From: a virus
Direction: 5' to 3' (one strand)
Length of the DNA: 64,000 nucleotides
Virus record (IMG/VR): IMGVR_UViG_3300045988_115142
Part shown: positions 7,421 to 16,224 of the stretch, piece by piece
Position numbering within the stretch: the stretch's first letter is position 1
How the letters are laid out: each line of letters opens with the position of its first letter
Position numbers and translations under genes: made by a program
The notes under the pieces: model-generated
What the model saw: only the letters and a program-made list of their open reading frames with translations
Databases searched by the model: none
Told to the model about the DNA's origin: nothing

Positions 7421-8545
7421 ATGCAAGATTTTTTCGTTGAAGCCCATATATCGGATATACATTTTGGAGCTATGGATCCAAAAGAGCAATATAAACTGTT
7501 AAAAGACCAATTCATAGATCGGCTTATGACCCTACCGATTCTAGATATAGTATCGGTTAATGGTGATATTTTTCATCATAAATTTATGGCTAACTCTGAG
7601 TCTGTTTCGTTAGCTTGTTATTTTATTTCTGATTTGATCAAAGTATGTGCAATCAAAAATGCTACATTGTTAATTATTGCCGGTACTTACTCCCATGATG
7701 CGGATCAAATAAAATTATTCTACCCTATGGCTGAACAAGCTATAGCAAATGGGACAGACGTTCGGATTATCGAAGAAGTTAAATTCGAAACAGTCAAAGG
7801 TAAAAGAATTCTATGTATTCCAGAATTATATGGAAAAGGTTCTGAATACTATGAGCAATTCTTATACCAATCTGGATTCTATGATGCATGTTATATGCAT
7901 GGTACATTCGTAGGTGCTATCTTTGGTAAAGATATACCTAATTTGAATTCAGATAGAGAACCAGTATTCTATATGGATCATTTCAGACACTGTGCTGGTC
8001 CAATTATATCTGGTCATGTGCATACACCTGGGTGTTATGCAAAACATTTCTACTATTGTGGTTCTCCATATAGATGGCAATTTGGTGAGGAAGAAGAAAA
8101 AGGATTCATCATCATGATGCAAGATATGAGAACTCGACAATATGCCGTTCATTATGAACCAATCATATCTGATAAGTATATTACTATCAATATGGATTCC
8201 ATGATTAATGGAGACCCTAAAGATATGATAGCATATATTGCTCAAACTATGAAAGAAGAAGATATTAAATATCTTCGAGTTCGATTTACTGAGAGCAATC
8301 CAGAGAATTTAGAGATTATTCAGACATTTTATCGGAATAATCCTAACGTAAAAATCGAAACTAAAATTCATAATGACAATATAGTACAGAATCTTCAAGA
8401 GATTCAAAACGAGTACGAAAATTATGATTATCTATTCGATAAGAATATTACGCCGGAGAATAAATTGGTTCGATATATTAATCAATCCGAGGGAAGCGTA
8501 TTTTTGACTTACGAAGATTTAATCGGAATCTTACAAAATATTTAA
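7421..8545 (+). CDS. Mre11/SbcD-like metallophosphoesterase nuclease (T4 gp47-like)
   Basis: Calcineurin-like phosphoesterase motifs in canonical order: ISDIHFG (DxH), VNGDIFH (GD), IIAGTYSHD (GNHD variant), MHGTF and ISGHVHTPG (GHxH). SD GGGGGA upstream. Confidence 0.7.
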   Translation: MQDFFVEAHISDIHFGAMDPKEQYKLLKDQFIDRLMTLPILDIVSVNGDIFHHKFMANSESVSLACYFISDLIKVCAIKNATLLIIAGTYSHDADQIKLFYPMAEQAIANGTDVRIIEEVKFETVKGKRILCIPELYGKGSEYYEQFLYQSGFYDACYMHGTFVGAIFGKDIPNLNSDREPVFYMDHFRHCAGPIISGHVHTPGCYAKHFYYCGSPYRWQFGEEEEKGFIIMMQDMRTRQYAVHYEPIISDKYITINMDSMINGDPKDMIAYIAQTMKEEDIKYLRVRFTESNPENLEIIQTFYRNNPNVKIETKIHNDNIVQNLQEIQNEYENYDYLFDKNITPENKLVRYINQSEGSVFLTYEDLIGILQNI

Positions 8546-8575
8546 TTTTAATTCTTGGGAAGGAATTGTGGTACG

Positions 8576-10426
8576 ATGGCAGAAACTATCCGTGAAAGAC
8601 AGCGTCGTAGAACCAGTAAGTATGGTACAAAAAGAAACCAAACAGTACGTTTGAATGTAAATTACAACATCCAAATGTTTACTAAGTTCTGTGAATACGC
8701 GTTGAGCGAAAATCAAATGATTGGAGTTACTGGTCTTGAAAACTTATTGAAAGTATTAAAGGCTAGTGAAGTAAAACACTTCAGCGAAAACGAATCTATG
8801 ATGCTCAGATATCTATTTGCTATAGATGCTATTGAGCTTAGATTAAGATACGGGTCTACAATTGGTCGTGATTTATTATTAACCACAATTTGTGGATTGG
8901 TTGGTAATAAATATGAAAATTTAGATATTCCATCTTTCCAAGAACTTTCTGATGGTGAAGTTAAATGGGTAGAAGATGTTGTTACAAATATCTTAGATAC
9001 TCAAACTGTAAATAAAACTATCGAAAGTTTGAATCTATCCATCGCGGATTATATAAACGGAAGTCCTGAAAATTATTTCGAAAATGCAATGCGTATTAAA
9101 GAAATAATTAATGGTGCATCTACTCAATTCAATGAAAACTATATTGATACAAATACAGATGAAACAGACTTCTTGTTATCTAATCCAAGAGGACCATTAG
9201 ATTTAATCATCAATCGTAAGAAACAACCTTCTTACAAATTGAAAACTGGTATGCATCGGTTTAATGACATTCTTTCTGGCGGTTTCGAAGGTTCTCGTGT
9301 TTATTGTTTATTTGGTTTACCAGGTGAAGGTAAAACGACAACCTTACTTAATATCTTCTATCAAATTAAGAAGTATAATACAAACTTCAAATGCAAAGAT
9401 AAAACTAAGAAACCTCTCTTGTTATTCTTCACAATGGAAAATACAATGAGAGAAGCCGTTGATTCTTTATATACTATCTCTTGCGGTACAGACAAAGATA
9501 TGGCTGAGTTCACAACAGACCAAGTATTAGAACAACTAGCTGAAGAAGGAATGGTAGTTAATGAATCCTCTCCAATTAATATGGCGATTCGTTATAAACC
9601 AATCAATTCTGTTGACGTAAGTTATTTACATCAAATGACAGAAGATTTTGCTAATAGAGGATATGAAGTCATTGGGGTATTATTCGACTATATTAAACGT
9701 ATTAAACCAATTGATAATTATCAAATGGAAGAACGTTTTAAATTAGGTGCAGTAATCAATGACTTGAAAAACTTTGCGAATAGATTTGATATTCCAGTAA
9801 TCACCGCATCACAAATTAACCGTGAGGGTGCTAAAACTGTAGATGAAATTCGTAATAATTCTAAGAAAGATGTTACCGATGGTATCGGTCGTGCTAATAT
9901 CGGTGAGTCTAGTCTTATCGATGAAAACGTAGATGCTACTATCTTTATCGTTCCACAATGGGTCGGTGAAGAAAAGTATATGGGTTTCAAAGTAACTAAG
10001 ACTCGTTATAAATGCACAGCAACTGATAGGACTTTCTTCCAACCATTTGACAAAACTAATACTATTAAATTAGTAGAAGATTCTAGACTTGCTTCACCAT
10101 TGAGTGTACTTAACCTTAGTGGTAGTAAGAAAGATATTATGAACGGAGCTCCATCAGAAATGTATCGCTTTGATGGTAGTGTAAAATTACCAGAAAGAGA
10201 AAATAAATTACTGACAGAGCCAAGTCCGTTTATGGGTTTAGATAGTGAAGATGAATTAGATATTATACCACAACCTACAGTAGTTCGTAATGAACCAAAA
10301 GAGGAAATAGTGGTTGATGAATCTGAATTATTACACCCATTCAGTATGATAGAAGAGCCATTGTATGTAATGGATGATATGGATATGAGTAATGGTGAGA
10401 TTAAAGTAATCTCATTCCTTGCTTAA
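8576..10426 (+). CDS. DnaB-like replicative DNA helicase
   Basis: C-terminal RecA-type core with Walker A GLPGEGKTTTLLN, Walker B VLFDYIKR and DnaB-type motif ASQINREG. The start is uncertain: ATG 8576 versus TTG 8555 in the track. Confidence 0.7.
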   Translation: MAETIRERQRRRTSKYGTKRNQTVRLNVNYNIQMFTKFCEYALSENQMIGVTGLENLLKVLKASEVKHFSENESMMLRYLFAIDAIELRLRYGSTIGRDLLLTTICGLVGNKYENLDIPSFQELSDGEVKWVEDVVTNILDTQTVNKTIESLNLSIADYINGSPENYFENAMRIKEIINGASTQFNENYIDTNTDETDFLLSNPRGPLDLIINRKKQPSYKLKTGMHRFNDILSGGFEGSRVYCLFGLPGEGKTTTLLNIFYQIKKYNTNFKCKDKTKKPLLLFFTMENTMREAVDSLYTISCGTDKDMAEFTTDQVLEQLAEEGMVVNESSPINMAIRYKPINSVDVSYLHQMTEDFANRGYEVIGVLFDYIKRIKPIDNYQMEERFKLGAVINDLKNFANRFDIPVITASQINREGAKTVDEIRNNSKKDVTDGIGRANIGESSLIDENVDATIFIVPQWVGEEKYMGFKVTKTRYKCTATDRTFFQPFDKTNTIKLVEDSRLASPLSVLNLSGSKKDIMNGAPSEMYRFDGSVKLPERENKLLTEPSPFMGLDSEDELDIIPQPTVVRNEPKEEIVVDESELLHPFSMIEEPLYVMDDMDMSNGEIKVISFLA

Positions 10427-10462
10427 TATAAATTATATTTTTAAAAATCAGGAGGATTACCC

Positions 10463-10783
10463 ATGATTACAGCACAAGATGCATTTAACATCATCACAGA
10501 ATTCAAAAACTATTCTGATACAGCAACAGCTTTCATTCAAGCTATGAATGAAGAGATTGTATCATTGATTGAAAATGCTAAGACTCAAAAAGAGCAAATA
10601 TTTGAGTACAGCAAATTAGCTGTACTCAAAAAGAAAGACCTAGAAGATATTATTGGCTATTACGAATTACTTGGTTATGAAGTTGTAGTTAAAGGTTCTG
10701 GGACTAATCTATACGGTGATAGAGTAGACGTTAGATTTATCGTTAAATGGGATAAGAATGAATCTACAGATGTGAATGCTTAG
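10463..10783 (+). CDS. Hypothetical protein
   Basis: Track ORF with AGGAGG upstream. No motif recognised. Confidence 0.7.
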   Translation: MITAQDAFNIITEFKNYSDTATAFIQAMNEEIVSLIENAKTQKEQIFEYSKLAVLKKKDLEDIIGYYELLGYEVVVKGSGTNLYGDRVDVRFIVKWDKNESTDVNA

Positions 10784-11213
10784 CATTATACTTCTCTAGA
10801 TTAATTCTTTCAGATGTATTGATCTTAGAAATCATATCCATTAGAGTACTTCTACGAAGTAATCTAATTTTATGAATATCTCTAAACTCTCTGACATCAA
10901 TCATGTCATTAAGCATCAAGATAATGAAGTATAAATCTGTACTTCCATAAATATCTAGTGCTAGGTGTTTAGGATTATATCTATATTTTAACTGCTCCTC
11001 AAGGCTTAGAGTACATTCGATTGTTTCTTCCTTGAGTTCTTCTATATAATCCCTCAAAATATTTCGTACCACGAAATTAATACTTCCCAATTTCTCCATA
11101 TAGCAGAAATCAACATACCGATTTTCGGCATGGGTTTTACCAGCAGTAACAAATTCGGATAACGTATGGGCATTTTCGGGAGCAGTTAAATTAGAGTAAT
11201 CATAATACGACAT
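10764..11213 (-). CDS. Hypothetical protein
   Basis: Track ORF. Its ATG overlaps the stop of the upstream minus-strand gene (TAATG), indicating translational coupling. Confidence 0.7.
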   Translation of the reverse strand: MSYYDYSNLTAPENAHTLSEFVTAGKTHAENRYVDFCYMEKLGSINFVVRNILRDYIEELKEETIECTLSLEEQLKYRYNPKHLALDIYGSTDLYFIILMLNDMIDVREFRDIHKIRLLRRSTLMDMISKINTSERINLEKYNAKHSHL

Positions 11214-11548
11214 TAGTAGTCACCTCCAACGATGATAGGATTCTTGATATCACCAGAAGAGAACGATACTAAGAAACGAGTCCCTGGTGGGATAAATTTA
11301 ACAGGAAATCTTCTTGAGATTTCATAAGGTACATCAATTGTGATTACAGCTGATGTATTGGCACTGCCTAAAGGTAGATGGTCGGTTTCTTTATTCAAAA
11401 GATTACCACCTTGGTTTTCAGTCTTCTCTATTTGATTAGAGTTTTCTTTGAGACCAACTAAGCTTTGAATACGAAAAGTTTGTTTTCCTGGAGTGTATTT
11501 ATCACAGGTTGTTAGTAATACAGCAATATATGTATCATTATAAGCCAT
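11213..11548 (-). CDS. Small protein, possible OB-fold hub/spike-like domain
   Basis: The C-terminus PPGTRFLVSFSSGDIKNPIIVGGDY resembles the GD-x3-P-x-I-x-G element of gp5/gpV/VgrG-type N-terminal OB domains. This is a weak, motif-only call. GGAGG upstream. Confidence 0.35.
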   Translation of the reverse strand: MAYNDTYIAVLLTTCDKYTPGKQTFRIQSLVGLKENSNQIEKTENQGGNLLNKETDHLPLGSANTSAVITIDVPYEISRRFPVKFIPPGTRFLVSFSSGDIKNPIIVGGDY

Positions 11549-11653
11549 CTAAATTTACCTCCTTAGATAAAATAGAACTTGGGTATATAATATAAATATG
11601 AATAAGTAATTTCTTATTATATTTATGTGAATGATTTAAAGAAGGAGTTCCAA

Positions 11654-12286
11654 ATGCCTCGTATAACCAAGAAAGAGTTAGCTAAACAGCAACGATATTA
11701 TGAGACTATGAATCATAATGCTGAGTTATTCTCAGATCGTATGATTCAACGATTGGGTCTTATCCCATTTATTAATGATAATCTCCTATGTTCCGAGGAG
11801 TCTTTAGAGAATAATGAGTTATTATACTTCACATATGATGGTAATAAATACATCGACTATGGAATGTATAATAGACTAAAGGAACAAGCTGTTATGGCTA
11901 CTGGAGATCCAGAAGCTGTACCAGAATTGCCATTAGGGATTAAACTATTTGATCCATATAATGATATTAAACTTTGTATCAACTGTGTTTGTTGGTTCCT
12001 TGAAGTAAACCTTAACAAAGACACAGATAGAATCTTATTCCTGAATGTAACAAATGCTAAGATGAATGATCTTGGTCATGCTACGATCAAATTCGATAAT
12101 ATGTATGAATTATCTGGTAATGAATATCATCGTGATTGTATCAAATATCTAGATTTGATTTATAAGATCGATGATGCTAATGTCTTTGAATATAGAGACT
12201 TATCTAAATTGGATATTGGTACTTATGAAGAATTTGAACAACCAGAAAACCCAGATGGGTTGATTACTGTATTCAGAAAAATTTAA
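11654..12286 (+). CDS. Hypothetical protein
   Basis: Track ORF 11627..12286. The ATG at 11654 has GAAGGAG upstream. No motif recognised. Confidence 0.7.
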   Translation: MPRITKKELAKQQRYYETMNHNAELFSDRMIQRLGLIPFINDNLLCSEESLENNELLYFTYDGNKYIDYGMYNRLKEQAVMATGDPEAVPELPLGIKLFDPYNDIKLCINCVCWFLEVNLNKDTDRILFLNVTNAKMNDLGHATIKFDNMYELSGNEYHRDCIKYLDLIYKIDDANVFEYRDLSKLDIGTYEEFEQPENPDGLITVFRKI

Positions 12287-12299
12287 TTTGGAGATAATT

Positions 12300-13484
12300 A
12301 TGATAGAATTAAGTCAAGAACAAGAAAGAGTTGTTCAAGCCGCCGTTGATTTTTATCATAATTCATCAGAACAAGTATTTCAATATTCTGGCAAAGCCGG
12401 AACAGGTAAATCTGTTGTTATGATGGAGATAATTCGACGTCTAGGCTTAATGCCAGAAGAGGTTGCACCTATGGCATATATAGGTGCCGCCGCTATCGTT
12501 CTTAGAACTAAAGGGTTAATGAATGCTAAGACAATTCATTCATGGCTCTTTGAACCTAAGTGGGAATATGATTATGATAATATAGACCCATATTTCAATA
12601 GACCAAAAAGAAGATTGGTATTTGTACCAACTCCTCTTATTGGTAAGAAGTTGATATGTATAGATGAAGCAGGTTCTGTTCCATATTCTCTTAAGAAAGA
12701 AATAGAATCTCGTGGAATTAAGATTATTGCCGCAGGAGATTTAAACCAATTACCTCCTGTAGCAGATAGACCAGCATACTTATATGATGGTAAGGTTCAT
12801 GTGCTCAATACTATTATGAGACAAGCTCAAAGTTCAGCGATTGTGTATCTTGCAGACCGTATTTTAAATAATCAACCAATCCATCGTGGATTGTATGGTG
12901 ATGTAAACGTAATCTATGAAGATGAATTACATCCAGATATGTTTAAAGTAGCAGATATTGTAATCTGTGGTCGTAATAAAACAAGAGAACGTTATAATCG
13001 TTTTATGAGAGAGCTCTGTGGTATAGATCCTATGCTTAAGATACCAGCTTATGGTGAACAATTGATTTGTCGTAAGAATAACTGGTTAAGATCTGAGCAT
13101 GGTATCAGTCTAGCTAATGGTTTAACCGGTAGAGTAATCAATGAACCGTCTGTGTTGGGAGTATCTTCTGATAGTTTCCATATAGACTTTATGCCAAATC
13201 TATTCCCATCTGTATTTAGAGACTTGAAATGTGATTTCAAATACTTTAACGCCGCTTATGAAGATAAAGACATGTTTAAGAGTGGTCATTATCGTCCAGC
13301 TGGTGAATTATTTGAATTAGGTTATGCTATCACTACTCATATCTCCCAAGGTTCTCAGTTCATGAACGGTATTTATATTTCTGAATACATGAATAAGAAT
13401 ATCAATAGAAACTTAGATTATGTAGGTATTACTCGATTCAGTAATACTTGCATCTATGTATTAAAATCGAAGAAGTTCTATTAG
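12300..13484 (+). CDS. SF1B DNA helicase (RecD/Dda/Pif1-like)
   Basis: Walker A GKAGTGKSV, Walker B ICIDEAGSV, AAGDLNQLPPV and C-terminal YAITTHISQGSQF, the typical motif set of RecD/Dda-type helicases. Confidence 0.75.
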   Translation: MIELSQEQERVVQAAVDFYHNSSEQVFQYSGKAGTGKSVVMMEIIRRLGLMPEEVAPMAYIGAAAIVLRTKGLMNAKTIHSWLFEPKWEYDYDNIDPYFNRPKRRLVFVPTPLIGKKLICIDEAGSVPYSLKKEIESRGIKIIAAGDLNQLPPVADRPAYLYDGKVHVLNTIMRQAQSSAIVYLADRILNNQPIHRGLYGDVNVIYEDELHPDMFKVADIVICGRNKTRERYNRFMRELCGIDPMLKIPAYGEQLICRKNNWLRSEHGISLANGLTGRVINEPSVLGVSSDSFHIDFMPNLFPSVFRDLKCDFKYFNAAYEDKDMFKSGHYRPAGELFELGYAITTHISQGSQFMNGIYISEYMNKNINRNLDYVGITRFSNTCIYVLKSKKFY

Positions 13485-13496
13485 GGAGTGAAATAA

Positions 13497-13808
13497 GTGG
13501 AGCAGGAGAGATGTCCTAAATTTAGGAATGTTAAGAAACATAATCGTCTTAGATTTGTTCCTGAAAATGGTTGTACTGGTTGTAGGCATTACAATCAGTA
13601 CTATAATGAGTGTAAATTTCCTTTCAAGGAATTGACTATAGCTAATATAGATTTCAAAAGGAATAAATCAATTCCTCCAAGAGAGACAACTGATATAAAT
13701 AGCAAAAAAGAATTTATTATAAATAATCGAGTATTATTAATCGGTGTATTTATAACCTCTTTTGTTTTAACTTATATCTGGGCATTGTTTGTATACTGGA
13801 GGGACTGA
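13497..13808 (+). CDS. Cys-rich protein with C-terminal transmembrane anchor
   Basis: GTG start with AGGGAG 8 nt upstream. N-terminal CPKF...CTGCRHY...C cluster and C-terminal hydrophobic helix VLLIGVFITSFVLTYIWALFVYW. Confidence 0.65.
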   Translation: MEQERCPKFRNVKKHNRLRFVPENGCTGCRHYNQYYNECKFPFKELTIANIDFKRNKSIPPRETTDINSKKEFIINNRVLLIGVFITSFVLTYIWALFVYWRD

Positions 13809-13809
13809 T

Positions 13810-13896
13810 ATGTTTAAGGACGATGCTAAAGTCTTTGCCCTTAGCATAATTATATTAGGTATAATTATGGCTTTTATGATAGATATTATATGGTAG
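13810..13896 (+). CDS. 28-aa hydrophobic microprotein (MFKDDAKVFALSIIILGIIMAFMIDIIW)
   Basis: Below the track size cutoff. Its ATG lies 2 nt after the upstream TGA (CTGATATG). It encodes a single predicted TM helix and ends 10 nt before the next gene. No independent SD, which suggests coupling. Confidence 0.45.
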   Translation: MFKDDAKVFALSIIILGIIMAFMIDIIW

Positions 13897-13906
13897 GAGG
13901 AAGTTA

Positions 13907-14350
13907 ATGGGTCGTAAAGTAAAACAAAGACGCCATAGGAAGTTAGATTTAACTAAAACTAATTACAAAGCAACTTCCTGTGAAGATACTACAGTCGATG
14001 TAAGTACATTGACTGAGGTCAAAGAAGCTAATAAAGAGATTATGGAAAAGAAATCCAAGAAATCTCGTAAATATGATAATAATAAAGATCTACCAGCTAT
14101 TCTCGAAAGAGATGTGTGCTTCGGCTTTGTCGAGCACTCTGGTAGACCATTAGCACAGCACTTCAATTCCCAAGGAATGTGCTATTGTTGTATGTTCTAT
14201 GATATCAAAAACGGTGGCGGCTGTACATATCATCATGTAGAATTAGACGACAATGGTATTTCTGGTAAGAAAGTATTGAAATACGTAGTTATGATTCAAT
14301 CTATCATTATAGCTGCTCTAGTTATATTCTGTATATTGGCAGTACTATGA
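13907..14350 (+). CDS. Basic/Cys-rich protein with C-terminal transmembrane anchor
   Basis: AGGAGG upstream. Lys/Arg-rich N-terminus, Cys cluster (CFGF...CYCCMFY...GGGCTYHH), and a C-terminal helix VVMIQSIIIAALVIFCILAVL at the very end. Confidence 0.7.
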   Translation: MGRKVKQRRHRKLDLTKTNYKATSCEDTTVDVSTLTEVKEANKEIMEKKSKKSRKYDNNKDLPAILERDVCFGFVEHSGRPLAQHFNSQGMCYCCMFYDIKNGGGCTYHHVELDDNGISGKKVLKYVVMIQSIIIAALVIFCILAVL

Positions 14351-14472
14351 AAAAGACCACATTTGTATTATTCTGGCTTTTAGTGTTTATCCTGTCCAGT
14401 GTATTCTGGACATGGATATTCAAATCCGGATATAATAAAATTCTATACGATTATATAATATCTATATGGTAG
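14347..14472 (+). CDS. 41-aa hydrophobic microprotein (MKKTTFVLFWLLVFILSSVFWTWIFKSGYNKILYDYIISIW)
   Basis: Below the track cutoff. ATGA start/stop overlap with the upstream gene. One TM helix. Ends in I-S-I-W, like the I-I-W end of the 13810 microprotein. A terminator overlaps its stop. Confidence 0.5.
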   Translation: MKKTTFVLFWLLVFILSSVFWTWIFKSGYNKILYDYIISIW

Positions 14473-14490
14473 GGTAATATTAACTCTACC
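14468..14490 (+). terminator. Intrinsic terminator
   Basis: GGTAGGGT / ACTCTACC stem (one G-U pair) with an AATATTA loop, then TAAAATTATATTTTTT. Confidence 0.6.
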
Positions 14491-14530
14491 TAAAATTATA
14501 TTTTTTAATAAAGAAAGGAGTAAAACACCT

Positions 14531-15070
14531 ATGCAAAAATTAACAAGAACTGACTTTATCCAACCGTTTATATTCTTGGATGAAGAAAACAAACCTATCG
14601 TTCCTTCTGAGATCAAGAAGTATCTATTACTAATTGAATTTAGTGAATCTTCTGATACTCCAGTGGAACAAGAAAGAACCTATGCAGTAATCGAAGGTCG
14701 TGGTAATGCGGCTAAAGAGATTATTAAGAATCTACCAGATCTTTATGGTGAAGATTCTATCAATTGGTTCAAATCTATGATCATCTCTGATTCTCAAAAG
14801 ATCAGTGATGGTATTTCGTTCTATTCCTTTATCAGAATGCTTTTAGAAAATAATATGCTAGCCGAATCCGACTGGAATAATATTATCTTCAATGGTTCTG
14901 ATGAAGGTTTTGATTTATCTGTATGGAATGAATTCATTCTAGATAAAGCAGAGCAAATCATTGAATTAGATCCAATCGATCCTGAATTTGGTGAAGATAC
15001 ATATGAAGCTCGCATCGAAGCATTCTATCGTTGGGATTTGTATGGTGATGAGGAGGAAAATAATGGCTAA
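14531..15070 (+). CDS. Acidic hypothetical protein
   Basis: Track ORF with AAAGGAG upstream. Asp/Glu-rich, ending in GDEEENNG. Confidence 0.75.
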   Translation: MQKLTRTDFIQPFIFLDEENKPIVPSEIKKYLLLIEFSESSDTPVEQERTYAVIEGRGNAAKEIIKNLPDLYGEDSINWFKSMIISDSQKISDGISFYSFIRMLLENNMLAESDWNNIIFNGSDEGFDLSVWNEFILDKAEQIIELDPIDPEFGEDTYEARIEAFYRWDLYGDEEENNG

Positions 15071-15503
15071 ACCTAATAAGAAGAATAATTATGGTTCTGC
15101 ATTCTTCGACCCTTTGATTAAATCCAAAGGTGATACCTTTATGGTAATGGAACGTCCTGAACGTTTAATGAAGAAAGTACCATTATTACTTAAGGACTTA
15201 GCATATGGAAATATTACTGAAAAGTATAATAAGTATTTCACATATGACTTCGTAACTCACATCGTAATCCCAGCATTACAAACTTTGCATTTGAATGCTT
15301 TGATTCATTATAATGCAACCAAAGAATTCTATGAGAAATATGGTGCTCAAGATATCTTTACTGTAATGCAAACAGATGGAGAACTTCTAGCTGTTTACGA
15401 TATTGCATTATCCGGCTTCAACGATATGGTAGCTTCTAATGGTAATTTAGGATACTTGATTAGTATGGGTGTAAAATTAAAGCAGTATAAATTTATAATT
15501 TAA
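15063..15503 (+). CDS. Hypothetical protein
   Basis: Track ORF 14988..15503. The ATG at 15063 is preceded by GAGGAGGAAAATA and overlaps the upstream stop by 8 nt. Confidence 0.7.
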   Translation: MAKPNKKNNYGSAFFDPLIKSKGDTFMVMERPERLMKKVPLLLKDLAYGNITEKYNKYFTYDFVTHIVIPALQTLHLNALIHYNATKEFYEKYGAQDIFTVMQTDGELLAVYDIALSGFNDMVASNGNLGYLISMGVKLKQYKFII

Positions 15504-15583
15504 TTTTTAATATCCGGCTAACAATATTGTAAGAATACTCTTATATGAGTATGATGCTATTTTTATCGCATGGAGGTGAAATA

Positions 15584-16117
15584 ATGGAAAAAGCACAAGT
15601 TATCGCTCTACGAGATGCTTTCATGAGCGTCTTGAGATATAGTGAATCTCTCAAAAAGAACATTGCTGAACCACTCTGTATTCGTTTAGATAATGATGTA
15701 ATCTTAAGTGGAGCTCACAAGCATTTCATTTGGGATGATGATAACGACATTCTATTCTATTATTCTACAAATGAAAAAGGAACAGGATTCGAACCTGCTG
15801 GTACTGGACGTAAAGTCTATGCTGGTATGTTATCCGCATCTAACTATGACAATATTCAAGAGATGTGGACTCAATTGACCGAAGAATCCTTTGGTCAATC
15901 ATTAGCAGTATTGAAAGCTAAATTCCCATCTGCTCATGGTGTTGGTGATGGTGCTAAAGTAATTCCAATCGATGACAATATCGGTGGTCTTATTAAAGCC
16001 GCTATCTTCGATCCATTGGATGTGAATAAACACTCTGCTTATCGTAACAACTATGCCAAGACTAAAAAACCATCTGAATTACCACTTGGTATGGTAAGCG
16101 AAGAGCTTAAAAAATAA
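15584..16117 (+). CDS. Hypothetical protein
   Basis: Track ORF 15545..16117. The ATG at 15584 is preceded by GGAGGTGAAATA. Confidence 0.7.
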   Translation: MEKAQVIALRDAFMSVLRYSESLKKNIAEPLCIRLDNDVILSGAHKHFIWDDDNDILFYYSTNEKGTGFEPAGTGRKVYAGMLSASNYDNIQEMWTQLTEESFGQSLAVLKAKFPSAHGVGDGAKVIPIDDNIGGLIKAAIFDPLDVNKHSAYRNNYAKTKKPSELPLGMVSEELKK

Positions 16118-16224
16118 TATAGTTAAAATGAATTATAACTATATAATATCGTTATGAAATAAGAAAATCTTATTTTAAAAAATATTTTTATATTACACAC
16201 ATTTTTAGTCAGGAGGATAAAACA

